Shown: piece by piece, positions 23,816 to 35,470 of the stretch
Layout: each line of letters opens with the position of its first letter
Position numbering within the stretch: the stretch's first letter is position 1
NCBI GenBank assembly: GCA_038496445.1
Contig: JALMLS010000103.1
Location: 62,001 to 126,000 of the forward strand
Origin: Trichosphaerium sp. ATCC 40318
Lineage: Eukaryota > Protista > Tubulinea
Length of the DNA stretch: 64,000 bases
Reading direction: 5' to 3'
The notes under the pieces: model-generated
Told to the model about the DNA's origin: nothing
The model's input: only the letters and a program-made list of their open reading frames with translations
Databases searched by the model: none
Made by a program: the position numbers and the translations under genes

Positions 23816-26330
23816 CTAATTAAATCGCAACAGCATGTCATTTGCCAACGACTTTATTGAACACTTTGCGAATCTTTGATTTCTTTTTCCTCCTCCTTTA
23901 ATAAGCAAGATTTGTGAGAATTGCAAAGAAAAAAGTTTTTAAAAAAGATGTACGTGTATATTGGTTGTGTAGCCTCACGTTTGGCACGCACGTGTTGGTA
24001 GTGTTCGATAATAAGAGAAAATAGATTTTCTATATTCTTTCCTGTTTTGCAACTCACACTTATGAATGGTATACGCCATGCCTTTGCACGTAACATTCCT
24101 TCTTCATCAGATACTTGTCTACCAACTTCCAGATCGCATTTATTTGCAACCTATATCCACAACAATGTGAGAAATGTAATGGCTACACAATAACAAACAG
24201 CCTTTTAGCATACTAATATGAATGGCATTGAATCACTACGGAGACTTTTTATGATGTTCACGATCTTATCAAAGCTTGATCTATTTTGTACATCATACAC
24301 CAAAACAAGTATGTCGGCGTAACACCTAACATCTTAAAAAATGAAGGTAAAAACTGAAACTATTTCGCACTTTGTATCGTCAGCAGTGTCTATCACTTCC
24401 AATACATAATATAGCTCTCGTTTTTTAAGAGAAATTATAGTTCTATCCTCTGATTGCGGAATAAGTAAGTTATACCAGAGGGAAAGGAAGGATGTTAGAA
24501 CATAACTTTTCTTCAAAAAAAAATGGCTAAGGGTTTTTTCGCTAATTTTCATACCAATTGTTGGATTGTGTTTCTCCATGAACCAATCAGTTATATATTT
24601 GACAGTAATGGAAGTCTACTCCCAAAAGACTCAGTGATCGAGAAAGCTTGGAGGAAAAAAGAGAAAGAAAAACAATTTACTTACACATCCAACAGGTCCA
24701 TCTCCGAAAATGCAGCATTCGATCTAAAAAAGTACGTGAGTCAAATACCATTGTTTTGCAATAGACAAAATTAAATCACGTGGTGTACCGTTTCGCTAGA
24801 TTTCAACTTATTGGCATGTTTTTCTGATATTTTTAGACTTGGTAGCCGGTTTTTAACGTCTTTTCCGTATGTAGAACTAGAAATAGCAGTTTAGAATTAC
24901 ACAACGTTTCTACAATATCTTAGGTCAATAACCTGTTGATTTTGAGTACTTCCACCTTTAAATAAAGCGGTTAATGAGTGTTTAAGACCATTTGGTAAGA
25001 ATTTGAAGAAAATACACAAAACGAAGCTCAGAAGGCTCATTTTAATTTACTTTCGCGGCTATTATTAAACAAGTACCTTATGTGGCCATTGGTGGATAAA
25101 GGCTGTCTTGATATTGTCTCCTACTCGAAAACTGTAAACAAAGCTTACACCTACAAATAGTGCCTTCAGGTTCCGATCTAAAGTGTTGGGAATAAAGCCG
25201 TTGCCATATCATGTTATCATCTGAAAACGATTGAAAAGTTTTCGAGGTGGTGCCAAGAGCTACGATATGTTGAACATCAAGGTTGCAGCATATTAATATG
25301 AGAATCTCATGTGGGAATGACACAAAAGGCGATAATCCTTCTTCTTTCCTTTCCATGTTTTAATGAGAGAATGACCAAATGATGTTTCTGCTTGTGCAAC
25401 GTTCAGTGATTACTACAAGTTCAGAAAAAGATGGCAAGTTCCACATGTCACTAATCGTCGTTACAGATTCATGTATGGGTCTGACAGATTGTAACAGTGG
25501 ATAACTAGACGTGTGTAAGTCAGGTCTGTCCATATTAAGCTTCTCTTATAAGTCGCTATCGCGTTATCCAGGATGCGATCTGAATATCTTCATACACTGT
25601 CAGCACACCTTTGTACAATACTTTTTGTAGTTTTGTTTGCGTTTCTCAATAGAGCCATTTCATAGATAAAAAGTAGTTAACAGAAAAAAACTAGATTAGC
25701 TAAACCAAGCGTGCCAGTTGTCCACCAGAGAACAGTTCCCATGTAGATTAATGAACGTAAATAAGTTACAATATTTAAAATAGTATAATGTGTTTATCAG
25801 CCGTATAAACTCGCCTCATGAATTTTTAAATAGAAATCCTAAGCAATAAGAAACACAATTATTCTTCAGTTTGTATCCCACAAGCGAATTGTCTCGCCAA
25901 ACCTCAAAAAGAGGACTAGATAGGCAAGTGGCGGAGTACGTGATTGAAACGAAGCCACAACTACCAAAAAAGAATTAAAACATACAGAAATAGATGCTGC
26001 AAGTGTTGTTCAACCCGATATGACACGTGAGACATCACGTGATGCCAGACAATCTACAATATCTGATGATTTCAAAAAAAACTAAAACGGTTTTTTTTGA
26101 AGAGAAAGAAAAAACACATTCGTTGGTAAGTAGGCGCCAGTGAATGTAAAATTAATAACTAGAACTGTTCCGTCATACACAGAACATTATGCATTGTCGA
26201 ACTTTTTATCATTGAAGCTTGGTTCAGAAGTTGCCGCGGTGACGCTACAATGTCCAAATTGTGTATCTCCTTCGTCCAAAAACATAACCAGTTGCCATAA
26301 GGTACAGTACTTTGTTTTTATTTACAGTCT
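23816..26330. repeat. Inverted segmental duplication of ~35800-38495 (F-box-Ras gene plus ~1 kb upstream)
   Basis: Exons, introns and upstream non-coding DNA match in reverse complement (e.g. 25380-25560 vs 36740-36920; 25980-26260 vs 35890-36180). Ends approximate. Confidence 0.9.
23838..25356 (-). CDS. F-box-Ras-like GTPase fusion, copy 1 (degenerate G1/G3)
   Basis: F-box FVSFPHEILILICCNLDVQHIVALGTTSK..DNMIWQRLY, then spliced FGDGPVGCTS, HNPTIED, DTAD, ANKCD, SCK; ends KVFNKVVGK*. Confidence 0.8.
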
Positions 26331-26547
26331 TAAATAAGGGTCCGTAGACAGTAGTGACAACTGATAGAACTGTATTTTGTAATTGTCATTGAGAGTTCCA
26401 CGTTTAGTTCCATAAGTAATTCTCTTATGAGTGCCATCTGACTTCAAAGCTACTTTTGTCTTTATGTTTCCTGTATGGTTGACAAGGCTAAAGCACAATA
26501 AAAATACACTCTAAGATACACGCAAGAGTTAGCGAAACCGTTTTATG

Positions 26548-26677
26548 TCTAACAGCACTTGTAAGTGAAATAGCAGTACTGTCTCTTCAAGTTTTCAGCC
26601 GGACTGACTTGAAGAAAATATTAGTAAAACTTGAATGACACAACAGTACTGCTATTTCACCTACAAGTGCTGTTAGA
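26548..26677. repeat. 35-bp inverted repeat (1 mismatch) around a ~60-bp spacer
   Basis: tctaacagcacttgtaagtgaaatagcagtactgt ... acagtactgctatttcacctacaagtgctgttaga. Confidence 0.85.
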
Positions 26678-26766
26678 ACTGTCATTTCTCTCACATTTCA
26701 GAAAACTTTTACCGCCCAAACGTGTCAGAGCAAGCCCGCTCATGTATCCAATCTCGTTGTTTACGG

Positions 26767-27018
26767 ACCCACGTTTTTTCCGAATTTAAAGAAAAAATTC
26801 GAAAAAATAGAATTCGATACAAAAACCGAATGCCTATACCCACCAATGGATCACTATATGTGAGCGAAGGTCGGGTTCTAGTTCCGAGCACAGCGAGGAC
26901 CCGACTGTAAGTGAACCAGGCGCTTTCTAGTTTAGTGGACTGCCCTAGCTATGCATCTTTCTACGAATTCTATTTTTTCGAATTTTTGTTTTCGGAAAAT
27001 TCGGAAAAAACTATGGGT
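26767..27018. mobile_element. MITE-like element with ~50-bp imperfect TIRs
   Basis: acccacgttttttccgaattt..aaaaattcgaaaaaatagaattcg versus cgaattctattttttcgaatttttg..aaattcggaaaaaactatgggt. GC-richer core with a gtcggg..cccgac hairpin; tgttta on both flanks (imperfect TSD). Confidence 0.7.
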
Positions 27019-27244
27019 TGTTTATCCAAGTAATATTATAGCTTTCGAAGACACTCGAAATGGGTTACTGGTAGCAACAAAAACTATATAAACACTGTAC
27101 AAAGTGACAATATTGTTTTCGAAGATAATTGAAATGGGTATCAATAAATTTGATAAAATTGCCACTTAACCCACAATTAGGCTAAACAGTGCTATAATCC
27201 TAGTTTATTAGTGGCTAACCCTAAAATACATCTACTTGACGCCA

Positions 27245-28515
27245 ATGCGGACATTAAAATTAGTTACAATAGGAGATGGAGCAGTTGGTATGCAAAAACA
27301 GCTTAAAATGAACAATTCTATGTTAACTGTCACCGAAAAGGCAAGACATCCTTATTTATACGATATACAACCGGATCGTTCCCTGGCGAATACAGTACGG
27401 CTCTATTTTTACGTTTCGACGCTAATATACGCCTTAGTACCAACAGTTTTCGACAACTACAGGTAATAAAAGCTTATCAATTTGAAAAACTCTGTTTTTG
27501 TATTGAAACCATTTGCATGACGATATGTATAGCGCCAATGTGATGATGTTGGGAAAGCCAATTTCTCTAGGTATACACAAGCCTAATTAGGTTCTTTTTT
27601 CTTATCCTTCTGGGTTTTTCTCTCCCAGAGTTTCTAATATTGGTTTCCTAAGGTTTATGGGATACAGCAGGACCTGAGGATTATGATAGGCTGAGACCTT
27701 TGAGCTATCCTGTACGATGACACTTTTTCCAGAATCATTTGTTTTTCAAGCAAAAAACCTGAACGGTTGATGTTTCTCTCGCCACATCAAGGATAAAACG
27801 TGCTACTTTCACTTTTCCGTATATACAGCTTGTAAGTCATGTAATGTGCTTGGGACTGACTGCGTTTATGGTGTTGTGACCAAAACACCCGTTTATCACC
27901 TTTTTTTGTATTATAATGTTGTAGGTGTTGTTGCATTCTCATATGATTTTTTTTAGTCAACGGATGTTTTTTTAATTACTTTCAGTCTTAGCAACAGAGC
28001 TAGCTTGGAAAATGTTGCAAGAAAGGTGCCTATATAACTCATTAGCAGTTTTGTTGAAACCATTCTTTAATCTCTGTTTTTTTTCAGTGGAAACCTGAGG
28101 TGAAACACCATTGCCCTGGTGTGCCTATAATACTTGCTGGTCTCAAAATGGATTTAAGAACAAAATTAAAGGCTGATGGAAGTCCATACGACTGTATTAC
28201 AACAGAAGAAGGTCAAAAGATGACAAAAGAAATAGGAGTAAGTGTATCACATCAAAAATCTCGTTTTTGTTTTATCACCATGTGCTAAATAAATGAAGGC
28301 AAATTCATATGTAGAATGTAGTTCTATTACTGGAGAGGGTGTTACAAGTGGTACGTTGAATTGGAAAACAAGCTAACTTTGTTTTGTTTTTGTGTTTGCA
28401 TTGCTATGTACTGATGTTGACTTTAGTGTTTAACGAAAGTATTCTTGCGGGTTTAGCAGGTACTGGTTTTTTAACACTAAAATCAAAAGAAAAAGGCAAT
28501 TGTGTCGTAATGTGA
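27245..28515 (+). CDS. Rac/Rho-family small GTPase with Gln61->Pro (copy 1)
   Basis: Spliced MRTLKLVTIGDGAVGKTS..FPGEYIPTVFDNYSANV..GLWDTAGPEDYDRLRPLSYP..GLKMDLR..YVECSS..CVVM* (CAAX). Confidence 0.93.
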
Positions 28516-29206
28516 CACATTAGCCGCCTATAAAATACGAAAAATGATACCAATAAATACGCTTTTAAAAACCTTGTTGTTATATGGGTGCTTGTATTTC
28601 TAGTACATAAGATGCAACTAACCTAATTGGGATAAGCCAATCTTGTTAGATCCCTGTCGTCCATTTGGCTCCTACAACACCACAGCTTGAATAATTCTAC
28701 CAATCTAAAAAACAAACCCAGCCCAACGCCTTAATACCCTCATGATTTACAACCAAATAAGTTTATCTCATTTGCACCTGCCTCTAAATCTTCATCTGTT
28801 TTGTACGAGATATATTAATCTTATGTGCACCCCTTAACGTGAATCTGCTATGCATTACAAGAGTACAAGCTGATAGTGTGTATGCCTTCACACCATTTGT
28901 TATTGTATCACAATATCGCACTACCAGAGAGCAGCTCCACTTCAGTTTCGGTTCTAATGTAGATACAAAAATGTGACGTTTGGGCAAATGTCCCTGTTTG
29001 ACAATATGCACTATTAACTTGATTGGCAGCGCAACAATGTTGAAGCGCTGATCTGTGCTTCTGTATTTCACTGTGCTCTCGAATTTTTGAGTTTGTTTTA
29101 CGGCTGTGGAACTCGAGACGTCTTTTTAGTTTTCTAAAAATACTCGAGTTTTCCGGCACCATACTACTTTCACCGTACTTGTATGTTTGGTCGTACTCAT
29201 TAAGAC

Positions 29207-30771
29207 ATGGAAAGGAAAGAAGGATTGTTGCCTTTTGTGTCATTCCCACACGAGATTCTCGTATTAATATGCTACAACCTTGATGTTCAACATATCGTAG
29301 CTCTTGGCACCACCTCGAAGGCGTTTAAATTGTTTTCAGCTGATAACATTTTGTGGCAACGGCTTTACGCCCAACGCTTTATATCAGAACCTAAAGGTAC
29401 CATTCTAGGCGTTTTAAGCCTTATTTACGTTTAAATTCGATAAGGTGACAATATCAAGAAAGCGTTTATCTACGAATGGACACATAAGGTACTTGTTTAA
29501 TAATAGCCGCGAAAGTAAACAAAACCAAGCCTTCTTAGCTTCGTTTTGTGTATTTTCTTCAAATTCTAACCAAATGGTCTTAAACACTCATTAATCGCTT
29601 TGTTTAAAGCTGGAACTACTCAAAATCAACAGGTTATTGACCTAAGATATTGTAGAAACGTTGTGTACCTCTAAACCACTATTTCTAGTTCTACATACAT
29701 AGAAAACATTAGAGACCGGCTACCAAGTCTAAAAATATCAGAAAAACATGCCAATAACTTGAAATCTAGCGAAACGGTACATCACGTGATTTATTTTGTC
29801 TATTGCAAAAAAATGGTATTTGACTCACGTCCTTTTTAGATCAAATGCTGCTTTTTCGGCGATGGAGCTGTTGGATGTGTAAGTAACAACATTCTTTTCT
29901 CATCTTGGTTTTTGTTCCTTGTGAGCTTTAGCTCACTGTATTTGATTAGACTTCGATTATTGTTAAATTTCTAACGGATTGGTTCATGGATGAATACGAT
30001 CCAACAATTGGTACAAAAATTACGCCAAAAAACCTACCAGCTTTTTTAGTAAGAAAACTCTAATTTAACACATCCAACATCCATCCTCCCTTTCTCTGTT
30101 TTCGCTCACATTCTTCGCTATCAGAGGATACAATTGTGATGTCTCTAAATAAAGGAAAGCAATATACTATTTTGGAAGTGATAGACACTGCTGGGCAAGA
30201 AGAGTGCGAAATACTGTTTTCGGTACTAATTATTAAGTTTCATTTGAAGATATAGCGCAATGCGCGATCTATATATGCGTGTCAGCAAAATTTTTGTCAT
30301 TGTATATTCTATACAAAATAGAATAAGCTTTGATGATACCGTACACTTCAGAGACCAAATCTTCCGTTGTAATGATAGTAATTCAGTGCCAATCGTATTA
30401 GTATGCTACAGCTTTTGTTCACATATACCCAGTACATTTCTCACATTGTTGTGGATATAGGTTGCAAATAAATGCGATCTGGAAGTTGGTAGACAAGTAT
30501 CTGATGAAGAAGGAATGTTGCGCGCAAAGGCATGGGATGTACCATTCATAAGTGTGAGTTGCAAAACAGGAAAGAATATAGAAAATCTATTTTCTCTAAT
30601 AATCGAACACTATCAACGTGTGGTTATAGAACCAATACTCAAGTACGCCTTTGTCACAACTTATGTCACACAATCCTCATATCTTTGTGTTAAAATAGGG
30701 AGACGAAAAATAAATCAAAGCTTCTCAAAGTGTTCAATAAAGTCCTTGGTAAAAAAGATAGAAAAAAGTAG
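29207..30771 (+). CDS. F-box-Ras-like GTPase fusion, copy 2 (most Ras-like)
   Basis: F-box exon, then FGDGAVGCTS, DEYDPTIED, DTAGQEEYSAMRDLYMR, ANKCD, SCK; polybasic end KVFNKVLGKKDRKK* without CAAX. Confidence 0.88.
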
Positions 30772-30920
30772 AAAGAAAGAAGGAATAAAATCAGTTTTTC
30801 TAATACACGTCACCTATTGATTTATGAGAACATCCAAGCTGTAATACAGAAAATACAAACAATTAATGGACCACTCAAAGCCTCTGACTATCAAAAAACC
30901 GCTGCCATTGTTACAGGCAA

Positions 30921-31048
30921 ACGTTGTTATTACAAGCAATTATACAAAAAGGGGTTTGGGTTTTGGTGATCATTTTTTACATATGTCGAACATTAAATTT
31001 ATTCGTCATAGTATTCACCTTCTTCTTCATAATCACCAATAGTATCAA
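30921..31048 (-). pseudogene. Duplicated 3' end and 3'UTR of alpha-tubulin
   Basis: Near-identical to 38690-38817, including the codons for [11 protein letters not shown]. Confidence 0.9.
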
Positions 31049-31239
31049 AGTGAGTTTAAAGAGTGTCAGAAACTATCGGGCTAGAAATATATGTCAAAGT
31101 TAGTCCATGAGCACATGAGAAATTTTCAAGTTGGTGTTGTTAAAGTTGACAGTTGTAAGCACCAAATTCGCCACAACCACCTCTAACCATAAAACTCTTA
31201 CATAGCAATTATTGAAATACAAAGGAAGAAAAAGACATA

Positions 31240-32230
31240 AACAATGCATATGAGGACATATCCGAGCTTGAAGCACTACCAATTGAATTAATAGTGCATA
31301 TTCTCAAACAAGTGAGATATCCGGTCTAATCAGCTCAAACGTGCCGCTTGTTGCGAGATATTGTTCACTACCACATCGGATACAGTTTTATCTATATTAT
31401 AAGATAACAAAGCAAAGATGCTTTCTGGTAGTCCGCTACTCCAGAATACAATTATTGACATGAATTGTAGCGCAATAACAGATGAAGGTGTTGCGGCAAC
31501 ATGAGATTGATTTATCGTACACATATGTATCTGATGAAGGTTTAAAGGCATTGGCAGGTGTACACTATCAACTTGATTGGTTGTTAGATTGGACAACATT
31601 GTCAATATAAGGGAGACGCGCTTGGGAGGAAAGACGCTCAGTCTTTGGTGGCTCTAGCGTAGCCAAACGAGCAGATTTATTCTACATTTAAGAACACTCG
31701 TGTGAATTGCAAATGTGTTTGAAGGAAAAATAAAGAAATAATTTTTACAAAAAAAAGAAAAAGGATTTTAGGGAGGGTGAGGGGATGTTTTGATTGCTCG
31801 CCATTGTTGTTGTTGTTTCCTATTGTGTCCTTCGATATTGACAGTCTTGTTCAGTCCAACCAAACGCTTGATAACAGACAATGCAGGGTTAAAAGAAATT
31901 TCAGGTGTACATACTATTGGCTTGTCCAAGAAAGCAATAACAGATTACCAAGGTATTAAAGCACTGACTGGTGCACATGAAATAAGGAGACTTTTTGTAA
32001 TTAGGATACACGCTCGTCAAGAGTGAGTTGCTTGAGATTTACCTAATGCTGCTTCTAACCAAAGCCTGAAACTTATGGCTCGCAGCCACACTATAAACCC
32101 TGGAACGGATGCATCCAATGCGATAGTGATTGTATGGACAGACTTGAGCGTTTCAGTGGAGCATCTGTTATATCTGTGTATGCTCCACTCAGGTGATTTA
32201 TTCGCTCTACCCAAAAACGGAGTACGGTTC
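31240..32230 (+). pseudogene. Heavily decayed F-box-LRR pseudogene, interrupted at ~31610-31800
   Basis: LEALPIELIVHILKQVRYPV* F-box, plus fragments ITDEGVAA, VSDEGLKALAGV and LKEISGVHTIGL in several frames. Confidence 0.7.
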
Positions 32231-32255
32231 ATTGAACAATAAAATATCTTGTAAC

Positions 32256-33056
32256 ATGTCAATGAATGCACGAAAAGCAGCAGTGTACCAAGCGAGTATT
32301 GCTGAAGAGGTTAAACGGCTTTTTACACAGAATACGATTATTTACTCATTTTAATTTCAGTCAGAGCAGTATGAGGATATGGTAGACGCTGTAGAAGCGC
32401 TAGTAGCCATAGCAAAAGAAGATGGCAAGTATTTATCTGAAAACGAGAGAAATCTTGTTTCCGTTGCCTTTTCCAATGTTGTAGGAGCGTTGAGGGCATC
32501 TTGGCGCGTAATATATGGTTTAGAGCAGTAAGATATTTGTACCTACGCATGATGTAATGTGGATATTAGGAAGGCAGATGAATCAGCAGTGTATTTAGTA
32601 AAAGAATACAGAAAGAAGCTGGAAGATAAGATCATAGAAGCAAGTAAACGCGCCATAAAAGCATATGACACTATTCTTTCAATTGAATATGTAGGCAGTG
32701 AAACTAAAGTTATCTACACATCCCTTAAAAGCAAGTACTGTCGATACATCATTGATGTTTCACGTGGTGATGATAGAGAAGAATATACACAACAAGCCAT
32801 CCAAATACTAGATGAAATTTATGATTGTATTTCACTTCTGTCACCTAGTTCTACGCTGGCTCTTTCTTTTCATTTGACACAAAGCATGAAACAATATGAA
32901 CTTGGAAATAAGAATGAAGCTATTGAGATGGCACAAAAATCTTTTGATGCTGCTATACCTGACCTTGATTACTATACTAACGAATATGAACTCAAACAAG
33001 TGACGACAATTCTTGTACAGCTGCGACAAAATATTACTGATTGGACTAGCTTATAA
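32256..33056 (+). CDS. Divergent 14-3-3-like protein (copy B), 2 introns
   Basis: Same exon structure as copy A; LSENERNLVSVAFSNVVGALRASWR..YCRY..AIEMAQKSFDAAI..ILVQLRQNITDW. Confidence 0.88.
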
Positions 33057-33694
33057 ATTTGGTTTTTGTTTATTCCAATAAACTGATGACAAGATTATAG
33101 TTGTGAAAAAAGCTGGGAACGTAATAGGCTTAGCAAAAACAACTCACTGTTTCAAATTGGGTTTTTTTTTTTGCTGAGCATTGTTCCACTTGACTATACA
33201 CGGATTATTTCTTTGTGCTACATAGATAAAGTGAACAAAGTTGGTAGTCAAAAGCCGCTATAACCTTCTTCTAAAGAGGGTTGTTGTATACAATTTCTAT
33301 CAAGTAACAATGAACAAACAAGCTGTGCCTGACTGTGGACATTGTATGAAACAGCATAAAACAAGAAGTATGGCAGAGCTTTTTAAAAGTGACCTTTACT
33401 GATAAATATGTTCCACTTTGTTCTGTGGGCAGAGTACAGCCTTTCAATTTAAATATGAGACAAAATACTACAGGCAAATGAATTTATTTGCTCAGAGTGT
33501 CACTGTGTTCTTATCCATGAATACCACAATTCACGTTGTATTAGTATGTGCATCAGTGACGAAAACTAGAGCGTTCAAGAATTCCATACCAAACAGAACT
33601 TCTGCAAACGTAAATTAAATAATATGAGTATTTTATGGGTGCTTACATACATTTGCATCATTGATAGGTAATGCTTTTAATTTGCAACTACATA

Positions 33695-35113
33695 TCAATA
33701 GTCAAAAAGAAACAGCTGCTCATCTTCACATTCAATCATTTTAAGGTCACTCTTTTCTAGATCAAGAATAAATTCATCTGTGAGCTTATCACACCATAAC
33801 ACACATAATGTTGTAAGACCGCCAGAAAGAAGTGGAGGAAACCACTCACTTGTTGCATTTGTTGATGAAATATCAAGGATACATACTCCTGCAATACTTT
33901 TCATGCATGTACCAGTAATGCCTTTACATGAGGCAATACCAAGCTTATGTACTCCAACCAAAGCTGACACGCCTAAATCTGTAACTGCAGTCCGTTCCAA
34001 ATTGATAGTATGTACCCCTGTTAAAGCTGTAATACCTTCATCAGTCACTTTTGTGCCCATCAAATTTATAGTATGAACACCTGCCAGTGCCGACACATCA
34101 GTGACTATTGTATTTTCCAACACTATAGTATGAACACCAGCTAGTGATGGTATACATGTATCTGTCACTGCTGTTTCAGTTAAATCTATATGGTAAACAC
34201 CACCCAATGCTGATACGCCTATATCAGTTACTTGTGTTTCTTGTAAATTTATACTGTGAACACCAGCCAATGCCGAAACTCCTGAGTCTCCAACTAACAA
34301 TGATTGATATAGTGCTATGGTATGAACACCAGCAAGAGCTTTGACACCTTCATCTGTGACTCTAGTAACACTTAAGTCTATAGTATGAACGCCTGCTAGA
34401 GCTTTAATGTCGCCATCTGTAATGTCAGTACCAAGTAAATTAATTTTATGTGCACCAGACAGTGCTGAAAGACCTTCCTTTGTAAAACCTTTCGCACTTG
34501 ATAGATCAATGGTATGTACTCCAGACAATGATTTTAACACATTGTCTGTTACTATTTCACAACTACTCAGCTGAACATTTTGTACCGCAGTAAGTGTTTG
34601 CAAACCAAGCTCTGTTACATTATCAACACGATACATATAAAAGTACTTTAAATGTCCTGCAAGCATCATAATTCCAGCATCTGTGATTAATGGGCAACAA
34701 AACAACAATAAGTGAGCTACGCCATAAACATACTTCAATCCATTATCAGTTATATGATCGGTTTTCTTGAGTTCCAGTTTGCGAACACCAGAAAGAAACC
34801 CAAGATCACTGTCTTTTGCTTGAAAACCTGGAAAATCTGATCGTATTGAAATTATGGTATTTTGGAGAAGAGGACTTCCTGAAAGACGAGAACAACTTGC
34901 AGATGATCGAACATGTACTCGCTTATAACCAACATGATGGTGAACAATATCCGATAGTTGTTTACAGCTTTGAGAAACAGGGTATCGAGATTTAGCGTCC
35001 ACAAACTCAAGTATATACACGATTATCTCCGGTGGGATGTATAAAAGCTCAGTAAGGTTTGGTTTGTGCTCAAATTGTTCATGTGAAGGTTCAGCCTTTG
35101 CTCTACACTCCAT
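33695..35113 (-). CDS. F-box + LRR protein (~13 GVHTIxLxxTxVTDxGVxALA repeats), intronless
   Basis: LLYIPPEIIVYILEFV F-box followed by regular ~24-aa repeats in a continuous ORF. Confidence 0.92.
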   Translation of the reverse strand: MECRAKAEPSHEQFEHKPNLTELLYIPPEIIVYILEFVDAKSRYPVSQSCKQLSDIVHHHVGYKRVHVRSSASCSRLSGSPLLQNTIISIRSDFPGFQAKDSDLGFLSGVRKLELKKTDHITDNGLKYVYGVAHLLLFCCPLITDAGIMMLAGHLKYFYMYRVDNVTELGLQTLTAVQNVQLSSCEIVTDNVLKSLSGVHTIDLSSAKGFTKEGLSALSGAHKINLLGTDITDGDIKALAGVHTIDLSVTRVTDEGVKALAGVHTIALYQSLLVGDSGVSALAGVHSINLQETQVTDIGVSALGGVYHIDLTETAVTDTCIPSLAGVHTIVLENTIVTDVSALAGVHTINLMGTKVTDEGITALTGVHTINLERTAVTDLGVSALVGVHKLGIASCKGITGTCMKSIAGVCILDISSTNATSEWFPPLLSGGLTTLCVLWCDKLTDEFILDLEKSDLKMIECEDEQLFLFDY

Positions 35114-35349
35114 TACGCCTAAAAACACGTATTACATCGTTTAAATTACGAGCTTGGCTTTTATTAGCGATTACTTGTTTTGTACGTACTGGTGTACTTA
35201 CAATTCTTCGTACAAGCGATATACAAACAGCAGGCTTTATTACCGCAATTGTAGAACTAATTTTTGTTTCTTCTAATGCGACTGTTGAAGACCAAACCGA
35301 ATCCTCAGAACATTGTTCTAGCCAAGATTTTATCTGATTTATTACTGTC

Positions 35350-35470
35350 TCATTTCCATTCCAAGTTTGCAGACATCCACGTGCTTGTCAAATAGAGAAA
35401 AATGTATATTAATTGCACTTGAACCTGAAAGAGATGTCAATGAAGATAGGTAGCAGCGTTGTCTCTGAGA
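35350..35470 (+). pseudogene. Decayed copy of an arrestin-gene exon (12243-12380)
   Basis: catttccattccaagt.tgc.gacatccacgtgct.gtcaaat..agaaaaatgt...cttgaacctgaa...cagcgt.gtctct aligns to the arrestin FPFQVCGHPRARQI exon and contains stops. Confidence 0.8.

Noticed and set aside
26850-26960. Structured ncRNA (SRP or snRNA-like)
   Set aside because: No recognisable conserved motifs; it lies inside TIRs and is better explained as a MITE interior.
30724-30741. CAAX-like CSIK in F-box-Ras
   Set aside because: It is in the unspliced frame and not terminal; the spliced frame ends in a polybasic tail in all three copies.
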